Counted from the stretch's first letter, positions 11,045 through 23,101 are shown. The stretch is 64,000 nucleotides of DNA from an uncultured Acidobacteriota bacterium (GCA_963777605.1 CAVZRV010000007.1:1024001-1088000), one strand, 5' to 3'. Translations and numbers: made by a program. Notes: a model not told the origin generated them from the sequence alone.

Positions 11045-11682
11045 TGACTCAAGCGGACGGAATCGTACTGGGCAACGTCTACAACAAGTATGAATCGCGC
11101 AATCCGCTGGCCCGGTGGATGCTTCAGAACTACCTTGCGGCATTTCACGAACTGATTAGCTGCCTTGATCCTGTGCGAGTCCTGGAGGTGGGCTGTGGTG
11201 AGGGATATCTGGGACAGGTTCTTTCAGACTGGCTTCCCGGCGCTCAGATAGCCGGAATAGACTTGTCACCCGGGCTTTTTACGACATCGTCCCGTTCCCC
11301 GGAGAATCTCCACTTTGCCGCCCAGTCGGCGTACCAATTGGGCTTCCCCCGAGCGCATTTCGATCTCGTCGTCGGCGCCGAGGTCCTTGAGCATCTCGAT
11401 GATCCGGAGACAGCGCTTGCCGAGATTGACCGGGTGGCCGGTGGCCACATTCTGGTCAGTGTTCCGCGGGAACCCCTGTGGCGAGTGTTGAACGTCGCTC
11501 GACTCAGTTACCTCAGGGATTTGGGCAACACTCCCGGACACCTGCAGCACTGGTCGAGTCGCCGATTCGAACGCCTCATCGCCCGCCGGTTCGACGTGCT
11601 CAGTGTGCGCAGACCCATCCCCTGGACGATGATCCTGGCCCGGAAAAGGGGTTCGGCAGGGGGCACCGGGCCCGATTCCTGA
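11044..11682 (+). CDS. Class I SAM-dependent methyltransferase
   Basis: VLEVGCGEG and EVLEHL motifs. Confidence 0.88.
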   Translation: MTQADGIVLGNVYNKYESRNPLARWMLQNYLAAFHELISCLDPVRVLEVGCGEGYLGQVLSDWLPGAQIAGIDLSPGLFTTSSRSPENLHFAAQSAYQLGFPRAHFDLVVGAEVLEHLDDPETALAEIDRVAGGHILVSVPREPLWRVLNVARLSYLRDLGNTPGHLQHWSSRRFERLIARRFDVLSVRRPIPWTMILARKRGSAGGTGPDS

Positions 11683-11791
11683 CCAGCTGAGTTCCCGCTG
11701 AAAAAGGATCAGCGGATCTGGTAGCAGCCGACCGATTATCGTGGTATGAAGGGGATCTAACCAAAAACAAGTAGATTTGGAGATCTGGAAG

Positions 11792-12487
11792 ATGGCAACT
11801 AGCGAATCCGCGTTCTGGTCGACGCTCGCCAGGAAGTTCCTTCTGGCACTGACCGGCCTCTGTCTGTTCGGATTTGTGTGCGTTCACCTGGCGGGCAATC
11901 TCCTCCTCTTCGTCGGAGCGGATGCCTTCAACCAGTACTCTCACAAACTGATCAGCCTCGGGCCGGCCCTTTACGTGGTCGAAGGCATCCTGGCCGCACT
12001 CTTTCTCGTTCACATGTACACCGCAATCACCGTGACCTGGGGGAACTGGCAGGCGCGGACCAACCGATACGTCAAGTCGGAAAGTCGGGGTGGCCCGAGT
12101 CGCATGACGATCTCTTCCAAGACCATGATCTGGACGGGTCTGCTCCTGCTGGCCTTCACGATCGTCCATCTGGTCACCTTCAAGTACGGTCCGGGGATCA
12201 GTGAGGGCTACGTCACGACGATCGACGGGCAGCAGGTGCGTGATCTCTACCGCCTGGTCGTGGAGTCGTTCCAGAATCCGCTCTATTCCCTCTACTACGT
12301 CGTTTCGATGGCGTTCCTCGGATTTCACCTCCGCCATGGCTTTTGGAGTGCGATTCAGTCGCTCGGCGGCTATCATCCCCGCTTGACCCCGGTGGTCTAC
12401 GGGCTGGGCCTGGTCGCTGCGGTTGTGCTCGGCGTCGGGTTCCTGGTGATTCCGGTCTGGTTCTTCTTTGGAGGTTCGGCGATATGA
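11792..12487 (+). CDS. sdhC: Succinate dehydrogenase cytochrome b558 subunit
   Basis: Several TM helices with conserved His ([21 protein letters not shown]); lies upstream of sdhAB. Confidence 0.9.
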   Translation: MATSESAFWSTLARKFLLALTGLCLFGFVCVHLAGNLLLFVGADAFNQYSHKLISLGPALYVVEGILAALFLVHMYTAITVTWGNWQARTNRYVKSESRGGPSRMTISSKTMIWTGLLLLAFTIVHLVTFKYGPGISEGYVTTIDGQQVRDLYRLVVESFQNPLYSLYYVVSMAFLGFHLRHGFWSAIQSLGGYHPRLTPVVYGLGLVAAVVLGVGFLVIPVWFFFGGSAI

Positions 12488-14397
12488 AGCTCGATTCCAA
12501 AATTCCCGCAGGGCCCATCAGCGAAAAGTGGGATCATCACAAGGCCAACCTGAAGCTGGTGAACCCGGCCAACAAGCGGAAGTTCGACATCATCGTGGTC
12601 GGTACCGGTCTGGCGGGTGCGTCCGCCGCGGCCAGTCTGGCCGAACTGGGTTACAACGTACAAGCGTTTTGCATTCACGATTCTCCCCGCCGTGCCCACA
12701 GCATCGCGGCCCAGGGCGGGATCAACGCGGCCAAGGATTACCCCAACGACAACGACAGCGTCTGGAGGCTCTTTTACGACACGGTCAAAGGCGGCGACTT
12801 CCGTGCCCGGGAGGCCAACGTCTACCGGCTCGCCCAGGTCAGCAATCTGATCATCGATCAGTGTGTCGCCCAGGGGGTGCCGTTCGCCCGCGAGTACGGC
12901 GGGTACCTCGACAACCGCTCCTTCGGTGGCGCTCAGGTGTCGCGGACCTTCTACGCACGGGGCCAGACGGGCCAGCAGCTTCTCCTGGGCGCCTACAGTG
13001 CGTTGATGCGCCAGGTCGAGCGCGGCAAGGTTCAGATCTACCCGCGGCGGGAAATGCTGGACCTGGTGCTGGTGGACGGAAAGGCCCGGGGTATCGTTGT
13101 TCGAAACCTGATCACCGGCGAAATCGAGGCGTATGAGGCGGAGGCGGTCGTCCTGGCGACCGGTGGCTACGGAAATACCTACTACCTGTCGACCAATGCC
13201 ATGAATTCCAACGCAACCGCCGTCTGGCGTTGCCACCGGCGCGGAGCCTTCTTTGCCAACCCCTGCTTCACCCAGATCCACCCGACCTGCATTCCGGTCT
13301 CGGGACACTACCAGTCCAAGCTCACGCTGATGAGTGAGAGCCTGAGAAACGACGGGCGAGTCTGGGTGCCGAAGACGAAAGGGGACAAACGTCCGCCCCG
13401 CGACATCCCGGAAGGGGAGCGAGACTACTACCTGGAGCGGCGTTACCCGAGTTTCGGAAACCTGGTGCCCCGCGATGTCGCGTCCCGTGCGGCAAAACAG
13501 TCCTGCGACGAAGGACAGGGGGTCGGTTCCACCGGATTGGCGGTTTACCTGGATTTCGCCGATGCCATCGCGCGGGAAGGCGCCGGCTACATCAAGGACA
13601 AGTACGGCAATCTGTTCGACATGTACGAGCGCATTACCGGCGAGGATCCCTACCAGACTCCGATGCGGATCTACCCTGCCGTGCACTACACCATGGGCGG
13701 TCTCTGGGTTGACTACAACCTGATGAGCAGCGTGCCCGGACTGTTCGTTCTGGGAGAGGCCAACTTCTCGGATCACGGGGCGAACCGGCTTGGAGCCAGT
13801 GCCCTGATGCAGGGCCTCGCCGACGGCTACTTCGTCATTCCCATCACGATTGCCGGCTACCTCGCTTCGGCCAGCCTGCCGGCGGTCAAGGCCGATTCCC
13901 CTGAGTTCCGTTCGACGGTGGAAGAGGTGCGGGGCCGCATCGACCGGCTGCTCTCCACGGGCGGGAAAAAGTCGCCGCGCGAGTTCCACCGCGACCTGGG
14001 GCACATCATGTGGGAATACGTCGGAATGGGGCGTAACGCCGAAGGGCTCAGGAAGGCGGCCGGAGAAATCCGAAGCCTTCGCGAGGAGTTCTGGCAGAAC
14101 CTTCATGTTCCCGGATCAGCCGACTACCTCAACAAGTACCTGGAGTTTGCAGGCCGAGTAGCAGACTACCTGGAACTGGGCGAACTGATGGCCCTGGATG
14201 CCCTGAATCGGAAGGAATCGTGCGGAGGGCACTTCAGGGAAGAGTACCAGACACCCGAGGGTGAGGCGCTCCGGGACGATGAGAAGTTCGCTTACGTGGC
14301 GGCCTGGGAGTTCAAGGGCCTGGACAAGGATCCGGAACTCCACAAGGAAGAACTGACATTCGAGAACGTGAAGCTGACCACTCGGAGTTACAAGTAG
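12484..14397 (+). CDS. sdhA: Succinate dehydrogenase/fumarate reductase flavoprotein
   Basis: [30 protein letters not shown] and HGANRLG motifs. Confidence 0.95.
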   Translation: MKLDSKIPAGPISEKWDHHKANLKLVNPANKRKFDIIVVGTGLAGASAAASLAELGYNVQAFCIHDSPRRAHSIAAQGGINAAKDYPNDNDSVWRLFYDTVKGGDFRAREANVYRLAQVSNLIIDQCVAQGVPFAREYGGYLDNRSFGGAQVSRTFYARGQTGQQLLLGAYSALMRQVERGKVQIYPRREMLDLVLVDGKARGIVVRNLITGEIEAYEAEAVVLATGGYGNTYYLSTNAMNSNATAVWRCHRRGAFFANPCFTQIHPTCIPVSGHYQSKLTLMSESLRNDGRVWVPKTKGDKRPPRDIPEGERDYYLERRYPSFGNLVPRDVASRAAKQSCDEGQGVGSTGLAVYLDFADAIAREGAGYIKDKYGNLFDMYERITGEDPYQTPMRIYPAVHYTMGGLWVDYNLMSSVPGLFVLGEANFSDHGANRLGASALMQGLADGYFVIPITIAGYLASASLPAVKADSPEFRSTVEEVRGRIDRLLSTGGKKSPREFHRDLGHIMWEYVGMGRNAEGLRKAAGEIRSLREEFWQNLHVPGSADYLNKYLEFAGRVADYLELGELMALDALNRKESCGGHFREEYQTPEGEALRDDEKFAYVAAWEFKGLDKDPELHKEELTFENVKLTTRSYK

Positions 14398-14408
14398 GGA
14401 GTCAATTC

Positions 14409-15182
14409 ATGGCGCAGAGTATGACGATTCACCTTCGCGTTTGGAGGCAGCCTGGTCCCGGACAGGAAGGGCGGCTGGTCCCGTACACCGTGAAGAATGC
14501 TTCACCCGACATGTCCTTTCTCGAGCTGCTCGATCTGCTCAACGAGGATATTGTGGCGCAGGGCCAGGAACCGATCGAGTTCGAGAGCGATTGCCGGGAG
14601 GGGATCTGTGGTTCGTGCGGAGCGGTAGTCAACGGGCAGGCACACGGCACTCAACGAGGATCGGCCTTGTGTCAGCTTCACATGAGGCATTTCAAGGACG
14701 GCGATACCATCGTGGTGGAACCCTGGCGGGCCAAGGCGTTCCCGATCATCCGGGACCTCGTGGTGGACCGGAGCGCGTTTGACCGGATCATCGCGGCGGG
14801 AGGCTACGTCTCCGTCAACACCGGCCAGGCTCCCGACGCCAATGTCACGGCCGTGCCTCGGGAGAATGCTGAACTGGCAATGGACGCTGCGGCCTGCATC
14901 GGATGCGGGGCCTGTGTCGCAGCCTGTCCCAACGCCTCCGCGGCCCTCTTCACGTCGGCCAAGATCAGCCAGTTTGCCCTTTTGCCCCAGGGCCACCCGG
15001 AGCGGGAGCGGCGGGTCCTCAAAATGGTCCGTCAAATGGACCTCGAGGCCTTCGGCAACTGTTCGAACCACGGCGAATGCGAGGCCGTTTGTCCCAAGGA
15101 AATCACCATCGGCAACATTGCCCGGATGAGGCGGGAGTACCTGCGGGCGCTGGCCAAGCTCGGACGAACTGAGAGTATCTGA
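14409..15182 (+). CDS. sdhB: Succinate dehydrogenase/fumarate reductase iron-sulfur subunit
   Basis: [21 protein letters not shown] and C..HGEC...CP clusters. Confidence 0.95.
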   Translation: MAQSMTIHLRVWRQPGPGQEGRLVPYTVKNASPDMSFLELLDLLNEDIVAQGQEPIEFESDCREGICGSCGAVVNGQAHGTQRGSALCQLHMRHFKDGDTIVVEPWRAKAFPIIRDLVVDRSAFDRIIAAGGYVSVNTGQAPDANVTAVPRENAELAMDAAACIGCGACVAACPNASAALFTSAKISQFALLPQGHPERERRVLKMVRQMDLEAFGNCSNHGECEAVCPKEITIGNIARMRREYLRALAKLGRTESI

Positions 15183-15190
15183 AGGTGGGC

Positions 15191-15210
15191 GCCCTCTCCA
15201 GTAGAGGGGC
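15191..15210 (+). terminator. Hairpin after sdhB, possible terminator
   Basis: GCCCTCT-CCAGT-AGAGGG stem-loop immediately after the stop; no clear U tract. Confidence 0.35.
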
Positions 15211-15261
15211 CTCCCGACTTGCGGAGGCGAGGTGCTCTCTGCTAATTTTCTGCAGGATCAG

Positions 15262-15351
15262 GGAGGGGTGGCCGAGTGGTTTAAGGCGGCGGTCTTGAAA
15301 ACCGCTGTACGGGTAACCGTACCGTGGGTTCGAATCCCACCCCCTCCGCCA
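15262..15351 (+). tRNA. tRNA-Ser(TGA)
   Basis: GGAGGGG/CCCCTCC acceptor stem, GCGGT-CTTGAAA-ACCGC anticodon arm, long variable arm, GGTTCGAATCC T-arm, 3' GCCA. Confidence 0.97.
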
Positions 15352-15352
15352 A
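15294..15352 (+). repeat. attL (within tRNA-Ser)
   Basis: CTTGAAAACCGC...CCCCTCCGCCAA, identical to 28564-28622. Confidence 0.95.
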
Positions 15353-15393
15353 CCTCTTTCAATGCAACAGTTTAAAACGGCCTCTGTTGCAGC

Positions 15394-15933
15394 TCACACA
15401 GCCTCCGCAATTTCCCCGGAACGATGTATCCGCTTTGTATCCGCTCCCCCTTGGAGGACTCGCAGTATCCGCCGGGAAGAATGCTCCGGTGAAAACTGCG
15501 CGTAGTGCTGCTCAGTAGTCGCCACGCTGGAGTGACCGAGTACTTGCTGGATGTCGTGCATTGACGCACTTTGTTCGGCAAGACGGATCGCGTAGTGTCT
15601 GCGGAGGTCCTTGACGAGCAGGTCAGGGATTCCTGCCTCTTCTCTGGCCTCATCCCAAGGTCTTCTGCACTGACGCCACCGAGTCTTCGTCTTCGGGTTG
15701 TAGAAGACGTAAGGACAATCGTCCAGTCTGGGCAGTACTTTTGTGGCTTCGAGTGCAGCTTCGGTGAGCGGCACATACCGGTACTTCCTCGACTTCGTGT
15801 TGTCAGAAAACACGACCATCCGTTGTTCTTCCTGAATCTGCCAGTGCTGAAGGCTCAAGGCTTCCTCACTGCGACACCCGGTCTCCCGCATGAAAACGTA
15901 CAGGGGGCGGAACAGGGGGCGAAGTCTTATCAA
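15394..15933 (-). pseudogene. Tyrosine recombinase/integrase, catalytic C-terminal part only
   Basis: ETGCRSEE, TKS, KDLRRH and LGHSS..TTEQHY motifs; no N-terminal arm-binding or core-binding domain in frame. Confidence 0.85.
15423..15444 (+). repeat. Paired TGTATCCG motif, putative integrase arm-type site
   Basis: GATGTATCCGCTTTGTATCCGC matches 28432-28453 at 21 of 22 nt. Confidence 0.7.
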
Positions 15934-16410
15934 TCACCGCTTGAATCTGCTCATCCGTGAACCGGGGACGTTCATTGCGATCCTCCCGCAACAACTTGAA
16001 CCGGGCGATCGGATTGGCTTTCGCCAGCCTGCTCAGCGACAACTACATTTCCCGGGTAGGGAAATGTAGTTGACGTCGGGGACCCGACGACACGCCAGAG
16101 ACTCGAAGCCTTCGCCGGAAGCGTTGACTGGGACGTTCCGCACCCCCTGCACCGGAGGAAGTTCCACAAGTTCGTGCTGGAAGCCTTTAAGCAGGGGGAC
16201 CTCTCCTTGTCCGCACCGGAAATCGAGCAGGTCGTGGTGGGGCATTGCGGGACCCGCCCAAGGCACCTCGATGAGTGGATCAGGGACTACCGGCGAGGCA
16301 TTGAGCTGCTTCGAGTCGAGCAATCTTCGTGATCCCGTATGTTGACACCGCTGCTAAGGTCAACAGGAAGCATGGCACGCCGAGACCGAACAACTGTGAG
16401 AGATAGAGAT

Positions 16411-16767
16411 ATGAATTTTGTGTGTCCGAAGCCGATACCTTGGGCTGACATCCGCTCGGCCCTGTATAGAGAATGGAAATCGTCATTTCAGGACGATGAC
16501 CCTCCACCGAAGCCCTTGATCTTGGGCGGCTGGGTCGGCTCCTGCGATGTGGAAAAAGGCTTGAGATGGCAGGAGACTGTCGAGTGGGCCTCTGCTCGTG
16601 GACTGAGCCACCTGATCCCCGATCTGACCGACGACGAGAAGTACTTCGGCGGCAGGAGGTTCTGGGAGCCAGTGCTTGGAGAGCAGTTCGAAAAGCCCAA
16701 GCGGAAACCAGCGCCGGATGAAACGACGCGGCACCTGATCCACCTTCAGGAGAACTGGCCGCTGTGA
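16411..16767 (+). CDS. Hypothetical protein (CPxP..W...PPxPLILxGW type), possibly truncated
   Basis: Protein-like ORF with ATG start; downstream sequence looks degraded. Confidence 0.5.
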   Translation: MNFVCPKPIPWADIRSALYREWKSSFQDDDPPPKPLILGGWVGSCDVEKGLRWQETVEWASARGLSHLIPDLTDDEKYFGGRRFWEPVLGEQFEKPKRKPAPDETTRHLIHLQENWPL

Positions 16768-17318
16768 TCGCTCATACAAGCCGCCTTGGGGAGACTGGAA
16801 CTGGGGAAGTCAGAGTCCCAGAGCATTCACGCGGTTCCGGAAGCAGATCAATGAGGCGCTGTCGCCCCATGGGGTGGATCACGTCTGGTTCAGGGACCAC
16901 CCGTCTTACGAATAGCCGGGCCGATCCTTGACATCGTCGGCGAAGGCCCTGAGATTAGAACGTTGCATGGAGCCGAGCGAGAAACCGAACAACGCGGACA
17001 TCAAGGTTGATAGCGCACTCCCTGTCCACGCTAAAGAAGCACTGGGTCTGCAACTCGGCGATGAGGTTGTCTGGACCGATGCTCCGCGCAGGGTGCTGGG
17101 GACAGATGGCCGATGGCGTATTGCTGTCGAGCCCGGAATGCGAGGTCGGGTCCTGTCGGTCCACGAGGGCTCCAACATCAAACCGGACAGTGTCGGCTGG
17201 GGCACCCCAGCATGGGCCATTGTGCGGTTCGGAAATGATGGAAGTTCGACCGAGGGTTTTGGAGGGGCCAGCCCACAGGCCGACCCCCACGGACTATCCT
17301 TAATAGCCTCCCTCTGGA

Positions 17319-17912
17319 CTAGTTTGTGCAGGTCAGGCGAGGTCCTTTCTCTACTTGGGGAATGGCAACGGGGCAGTCATCCGGCAGGCAATATGGTGCA
17401 TCCTTCTTCAGGACTTTCCATCGGCGAACAACGTTGAAGTCAACCATTCCTGAGTCGCAGATCCCGGCGTTATCGTACAGGGTTCCGGTCAGCGTACCTC
17501 CCCAACTATTTGTCCTGTTGCCGCTGAGTTCGCTGTCGTTATCGTTCCAAACGCCGTACACGATCCCTTCCGCAAGAATCCGTGACGGGTCGTTTACCAA
17601 AGCACAACCTTCCGAGAAGAGGTCGTCCAAAGTCGCGGAGAAGACGAGGGTGAAATAGTTTCCTTGGTCCTTGTACTTAATACTCCCATCGGGCCGGGTT
17701 ATCGTCATCCACTCTAAAGGATCATGCTCGCCGGGTGCGCAGAAGAACGTCGGTCTAGTAGAGTGTAATGAAAGCACGTTACCCCCATCCCAGAACCATG
17801 CAAGCATAGGTGTCTCCCCCGAATCCTTCACGGCTCCATTCTGCGCCGAGACCGGCAATAAGAGCAGGACGACGACGACCGTTGCCAATAGCACAATCCA
17901 CCATTTGTTCAT
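17319..17912 (-). CDS. Secreted hypothetical protein
   Basis: Signal peptide MNKWWIVLLATVVVVLLLLPVSA; purine-rich RBS (AAGGGGGAATGAG) before the ATG. Confidence 0.7.
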   Translation of the reverse strand: MNKWWIVLLATVVVVLLLLPVSAQNGAVKDSGETPMLAWFWDGGNVLSLHSTRPTFFCAPGEHDPLEWMTITRPDGSIKYKDQGNYFTLVFSATLDDLFSEGCALVNDPSRILAEGIVYGVWNDNDSELSGNRTNSWGGTLTGTLYDNAGICDSGMVDFNVVRRWKVLKKDAPYCLPDDCPVAIPQVEKGPRLTCTN

Positions 17913-18579
17913 CTCATTCCCCCTTTTGATTGACGCAACAACTAAGAGCACGGACTCCTTTATCTGCTGAAGCGAGGGGCTTCCGGATACCCTCGCGAAT
18001 CAGTCAGGAATCGCAACTCTACAGCTCAAGAATCAGGAGGCAGACGAAGAACTCCGGTCATTGGACGGGGCGTGCAGTTGTGTGACTTCGCTTATTGAAG
18101 TCCAGCGGGCAATTGGTGACGAGCCCAGATGCAGAAGAGCCAGAGACGGGAATGCAACAATTAGCATGTAGTTTTCCCCTTTGTTGATATTGCAAGCAAC
18201 TTTCGGACCGAAAAGGGACCTTGACGTTCCGCCGCAGATTCTAAGAATGGAATAGAGTCCTAAAACGCTCATTCACAGCAGCTTGTAAGAGTTACACTCA
18301 AAGTAACGAACCACTGAGTTGTTAAATTGTGAAACTTTTGTATTCACCTCAATGTAAGGTTTCCCGACAATTCTGGCGGAGGACTTGGGATTGGGCCTAA
18401 GGGGGTTGGCCCGATCAACAAGTGCAGTCCTCCGCGCCGGATCTGAGAGAAGGCATACCCACCCGGCTTTCTCCAACGAGTCGAATGGAGAGATCGCCTC
18501 GGTGGATCACACCATGAAGTGGGAGAAACTGGGCTCAACTTCAGACCCAAGTTGACCGGGAAGTCGCCGAAGGCGGCCT

Positions 18580-18690
18580 GATCCCGGAATCCCGGCCAAT
18601 TCTCAAAACTCTTCTACTTTTTCCAATTTCCAATCCAATAGTTGGATTTCCTTGGGATGCTGGGATTGAGGTTGGCCCGAGCGGGCGAGT
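18580..18690 (+). repeat. Palindromic non-coding element, copy 1
   Basis: 40-bp core 18626-18665 is identical to 21082-21121; flanks also align. Confidence 0.85.
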
Positions 18691-18843
18691 TGACCACGAA
18701 AACGCACTACCTCACAATGCCGGATTCTGCCTTGTGTGTTTCCGGGTCATGCGCTAGAACTAAACCGTGATTCGTAGATTGGGACATGATTGGGACCTCT
18801 GTTTCGGGGTCGAATCAGTTCCTGCTGCGAAACGGACGTGCCT

Positions 18844-20980
18844 ATGGCCAGCGGCTCGCTCTTGGCTCTTGTTGCTCTTCTCATCCAATTGCCGCCCGGT
18901 GGAAACACTGCGCCAACGCTGACGCTCCCGGCCAGCACGGTGTCGGTTACGCAGGGGCAGAACGTCAATGTGACGGCCACGTCCGTCGATTCCAGCGGCG
19001 ATACACTGGGATTCACCTGGCTGTTCAATTCGACGACGGTCAATACCCAGTACATCAGCACCGTCAAGTCGAGTACGATGACTTATCGATCGACGTTGAC
19101 CTATCCGACGGCCGGCCTCTCGCCCGGTTCGTATACCTTCAGCGTGCAGGCATTTGAAACCTCCACGTCCGATAAGTTCGGGTCAGTGAAGCGATTTCTC
19201 ACGGTTATCGTGAACTCGGGCGGCAGCGGCGGCGAGCCCGGCTTTTTCGAACAGCAAATTGGGTCGTGCCAGGGAAACCCCGGACCTACCCTGGTCAGTA
19301 TCCTTCCCGACCCAAGGCAGGGCCAGATCCTCCTTTCGGGCGGACAGACTGCCAACGTGCAGTTGGTGTTTACCGACAGTTCCCAGCTCAACGCTCCTCT
19401 GGGCGGAGTCCAGACCGGCGTATCGACCGGGACTTGGGATCTAGCCAGTTGCAGCAGAAAGGGATCGACCCGAATGGGAGCGTTCCTCTGGCCATGACGG
19501 ATCCGACGCAGGCACGCATGACGCTGTCGTTCCAGACACCGTCGGGACTTACGGGCGACGCGAATGCCTACGTGACGGCGACTGACGTTTTGGGCTGCTC
19601 AAGCACCGTGGGTTTTGGTTTGAACTTCACTGATACCCCAGTTAGCTCCGTGCCGTCGGCGAGAATCCGTTTCGATACGAACGGCGACGGGGCATTTGAG
19701 GGCTCTACGCCAACAGTTACAGTCGAAACCGAGTCACGTGAAATCTCTCTCGATGCGTTGGAGAGCAGCGATGATGAGGGGCTCGAAAACCTGACTTTCC
19801 TCTGGACTCTGAATGCTCCGAGCGGATTAGCAACATTGTCACCTGTCAGCGGGCCAACGACGACCCTTAAAGTCGATCCCGTGAAATCGGGTAATGTGAC
19901 GGTAACGCTGACCGCCGCGGACTCGCAGGGTCAGTCGGGGCAGGCGAGCGTGACGTTTTCGGTCCTCAGGACGGGTCCCACCGCTGATTTTCTTGTGATC
20001 CCGCCGAGCGTAGAGTCCGGTTCCGAGTTCAGGGTGATCCCCAAAGCTGTAAGTGGGGGAGGGGGCGGACAGTTTCAGTACGACTGGAGTGCCGAAGATG
20101 AGTACGGTCAGGCCATTAGTGTCTGCGCCTGCGGGGGTATTGGGTCAGCCCTTGTTACAGCTCCTATACTCGGGGAAGCGGAGGAATCGAGAACTCTTAC
20201 AGTCACTGTCGTGGCGATTGAGGACGGCATGGCTTCGGTCCCGGTGACTAGAGAGGTCATAGTCCGCCGACCAACGCTGTACTTCTCCCAACTGGCGGTT
20301 GGGGCAATCACCGATTCCCTTGAGTTCCAGACCACGATTGCACTCGTCAATGACACAGAAGAGACTGTCAATGCCGTTGGGATCTTTGCGAACAACGAAG
20401 CGGGAGCCGACTGGTCGGTTGTTGCAGATGGCACTCCGGCGAGCACCTTGGAACTGAGTCTCCCAGCCGGGGCCTCTCGGATCATCACTCTAACCGGCGA
20501 TGAGGTGGCGATTGGCTGGATGTCGTTGACCTCTGATGCCCCGTTGACGGGTTATCTTTTCTACCGGGTGGCGAACCGACAGACAGGACGTCCGGTGAGT
20601 GAAGTGCCGGTGCTGCCGACGAACGGGACACATTTCCGGACTGCGCTTGGACCGGGGCAGAACCAAGATGTGGCCATCGCACTCGTCAACACCGGAGATA
20701 GCCCAACCCAATTCCGGATCGTAGTGAAAGAGTTCCCTGTCGGAGACGAGGGAGCGGACATGACGCTTGCGACTCAGGCCATTGAGCTGGGACCAAAGCA
20801 GCACCTCGCCCAATTCCTCAACGAACTGATGGCGGACGACGGCCCACTCCCGATTCCGGCGTCCTTTTCCGGGGTTCTCTTTCGATTGAAGTGGTCAGCG
20901 GAAGCCCGTTGTCGGCAACCATATTGAAGACGCTGGACGGCTTCCCACTTTCAATATTGCCTGTTGCTACGAGGGATTAG
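18844..20980 (+). pseudogene. Secreted Ig/PKD-like multi-domain protein, frameshifted near 19440 and 20870
   Basis: Hydrophobic N-terminus, Thr/Ser-rich beta repeats (SLDALESSD..LTFLWT) and a C-terminal LYFSQLAVG...IALVN domain spread over three frames. Confidence 0.7.
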
Positions 20981-21045
20981 GCAGAGTTCATCGCCGGCAG
21001 GATCGGCAAGCGGTGGGCATGGCTGGTTGAGGGACTGGCTCCCTC

Positions 21046-21150
21046 GATCCCAACATCCCAGCAAAACTCAACTACTTCTCTATTTCCAATCCAATAGTTG
21101 GATTTCCTTGGGATGCTGGGACAGTGGGCCTGAAAGGCCCGAGGCGAGGG
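21046..21150 (+). repeat. Palindromic non-coding element, copy 2
   Basis: Outer inverted repeat TCCCAACATCCCA/TGGGATGCTGGGA, inner inverted repeat AATCCAA-TAG-TTGGATT; shared core with copy 1. Confidence 0.85.
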
Positions 21151-21438
21151 TATGGATTGAGACTGCTTCTCCGGGACGACCGGCCTCGAAACTAATCATC
21201 AATCCATTCAGTGGACGGGCATTACCAGAGTATTCTGACCGGATTGTAAGCCGGTCAAACGCAGGCAGGTGGTTGGCTTGCGAAAGTCCCTATCCCTCAA
21301 AATGCACCGAGAAGTGGTGACCTGTAACCTTTTCCTATCTGGAAGCAAATACCCCTAACAGAACGGGCGCTGCAGCAAGCCTAGACAATCGAAAAACTAG
21401 AGACCGGTCTCCATTTTTGCTTTAAGGAGAACGTGCAA

Positions 21439-21952
21439 ATGCAGAAGAAACTTGTGTTGTTTGTGATGACATTTCTGTTGGCCTTGACGGGGCTGGCGTT
21501 CGCTGGGTCCTCCACCGCCAACGGCTGGTATGAAGGGAAAGAGATCTATTACCTCGACGAAAGGATTTGAAGACAACCTTCACGCATCGGAGAATGGGCC
21601 GATATCTACGTGATTGGAGGGGATCGAGCCTACCAAGCCAACGTTGTGGAGTTCATACCGGGTGAACGTGGCTATTCTCCCCATTGGGACGTGAACGTCG
21701 TGCACACCGCTCCGGGCGTGACCCTGGCGATGACATCGTCGCATCGCCCTATGTTTCAGAGCATTACTGCAACGGAAGGCGTCTTGTTCGACGATGTGGG
21801 CGATATCCTCGCCGCTCAGGCAGCTGGCTTAGTTAACGATCGAGGAACCGGGTTTGATCGTGCTCTGTCCGATCGTTTCAGCACAGGCTGCGGACGCACC
21901 GGGAAACAATCCCAAATCGGAGGACTTCCAGCCCTTTCCGGATACCTTCTAA
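21439..21952 (+). pseudogene. Secreted protein with GWYEG..IYY and YSPHWDVNVV motifs, multiple frameshifts
   Basis: TAAGGAGA RBS and signal peptide [22 protein letters not shown]; coding continues across frame changes to ...FPDTF*. Confidence 0.6.
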
Positions 21953-22617
21953 ACGCCAAGTCTGGCTTTGACCGGGGTCTGTGAATGCGAGCAGGCCCCG
22001 AAAGGCTTAGGCCTTTCACCGGAAACTATCAGCAGCCGTGTGTTCCTCCTGTAAAACTTAGCTTGGCGGCTTGGCATTTCCCATGGAAAAGGGAAAAAAT
22101 ACCAACGTCCCTACTGCACCCCCAGCTTCACCTTCGAAAAGTCCTCCACCACGGACTGTGATCCATTCTCGAACTTAACGACGGCGTAGAGGCCTTGGTG
22201 GATCTAGGTTCGAGAAGCTGATACAGGGCTTGGCTAGTGAGTTCTCTCGCAGGATGATGATCCGGCCCATTCGATATGGCTCAGCGGTGGATTGCAGAAG
22301 AGGCAATCGCCGATCTTGAGGGTGGAGGGGTTGGGGGTTAATTGCCACTTTCCGATGGGACGATGACAGCTCAGAAGCCTGCTGGCCAGACGAAATACAG
22401 TTTTGCAGTTTGGAATGCTTTAAAGGGGGGATATAAAACAGAGTGCGCGTCTCGTCCCATGCCGAGAAGGAGACGTAATAGACGCTCGGGGTGGGGTGAG
22501 GCATTTGATTCCGGGGAAGGGGTTCTATCGCTCGTGACGTTTCCGAGGCTGCCATCGGGGCGGTTGACTGGGTTTGCTCAAAGGTGAGAATCAGACATTG
22601 ATCGCCTCGTTTCGGTA

Positions 22618-23062
22618 ATGGAGGTACTTCACAGTGGGATATGGGGACAGGTGTCAGGTCTGTGGGCAGGCTTCTTGGGGAGTGATAAGCGGAACGGCAG
22701 GTACCTCTGTAAGACTTGCCGAAACGTCACGGGTCGGACATCTGGAAGCTACTACTGCAATTCGTGCGGTAATCACTCCGCATCAGCATTGATGAAGGGC
22801 AGCGGGTGGTAAGGAGTTGATCCTTTATCTTTTCTACATCGTGCGCGGCGTGATCTACTCGATCTGGAGAAGAAGCGGAGAGCTCAATGTTTGCGCGGTT
22901 TGTAGGGCTCCGCCTTGTTCCTGCTTCGGCAGCGCGTCCGGGTGCAGCACAACGGATTCTAGAGCTGAGAGACGAAAAAGAGTGTCCTTCTGTGCAGAGA
23001 AGATCTTGGTCAAAGCCAAGGTCTGCAAACATTGCGGGCGGGATGTGGAACTCTCCGATTAG
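22618..23062 (+). pseudogene. Zinc-ribbon membrane protein, frameshifted
   Basis: CNSCG, a TM stretch (ILYLFYIV..VIYSIWRR) and ECP.CAEKILVKAKVCKHCGRD across frames. Confidence 0.55.
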
Positions 23063-23101
23063 AGAAGAATGATGCTCATTTCAGAATGAAGGAGTTTGGA
23101 A

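Noticed and set aside
6810-14106. Long antisense ORFs opposite serS, add/GT2 and sdhA (similar ones occur across the window)
   Set aside because: Expected shadow ORFs in high-GC coding DNA; they carry no motifs
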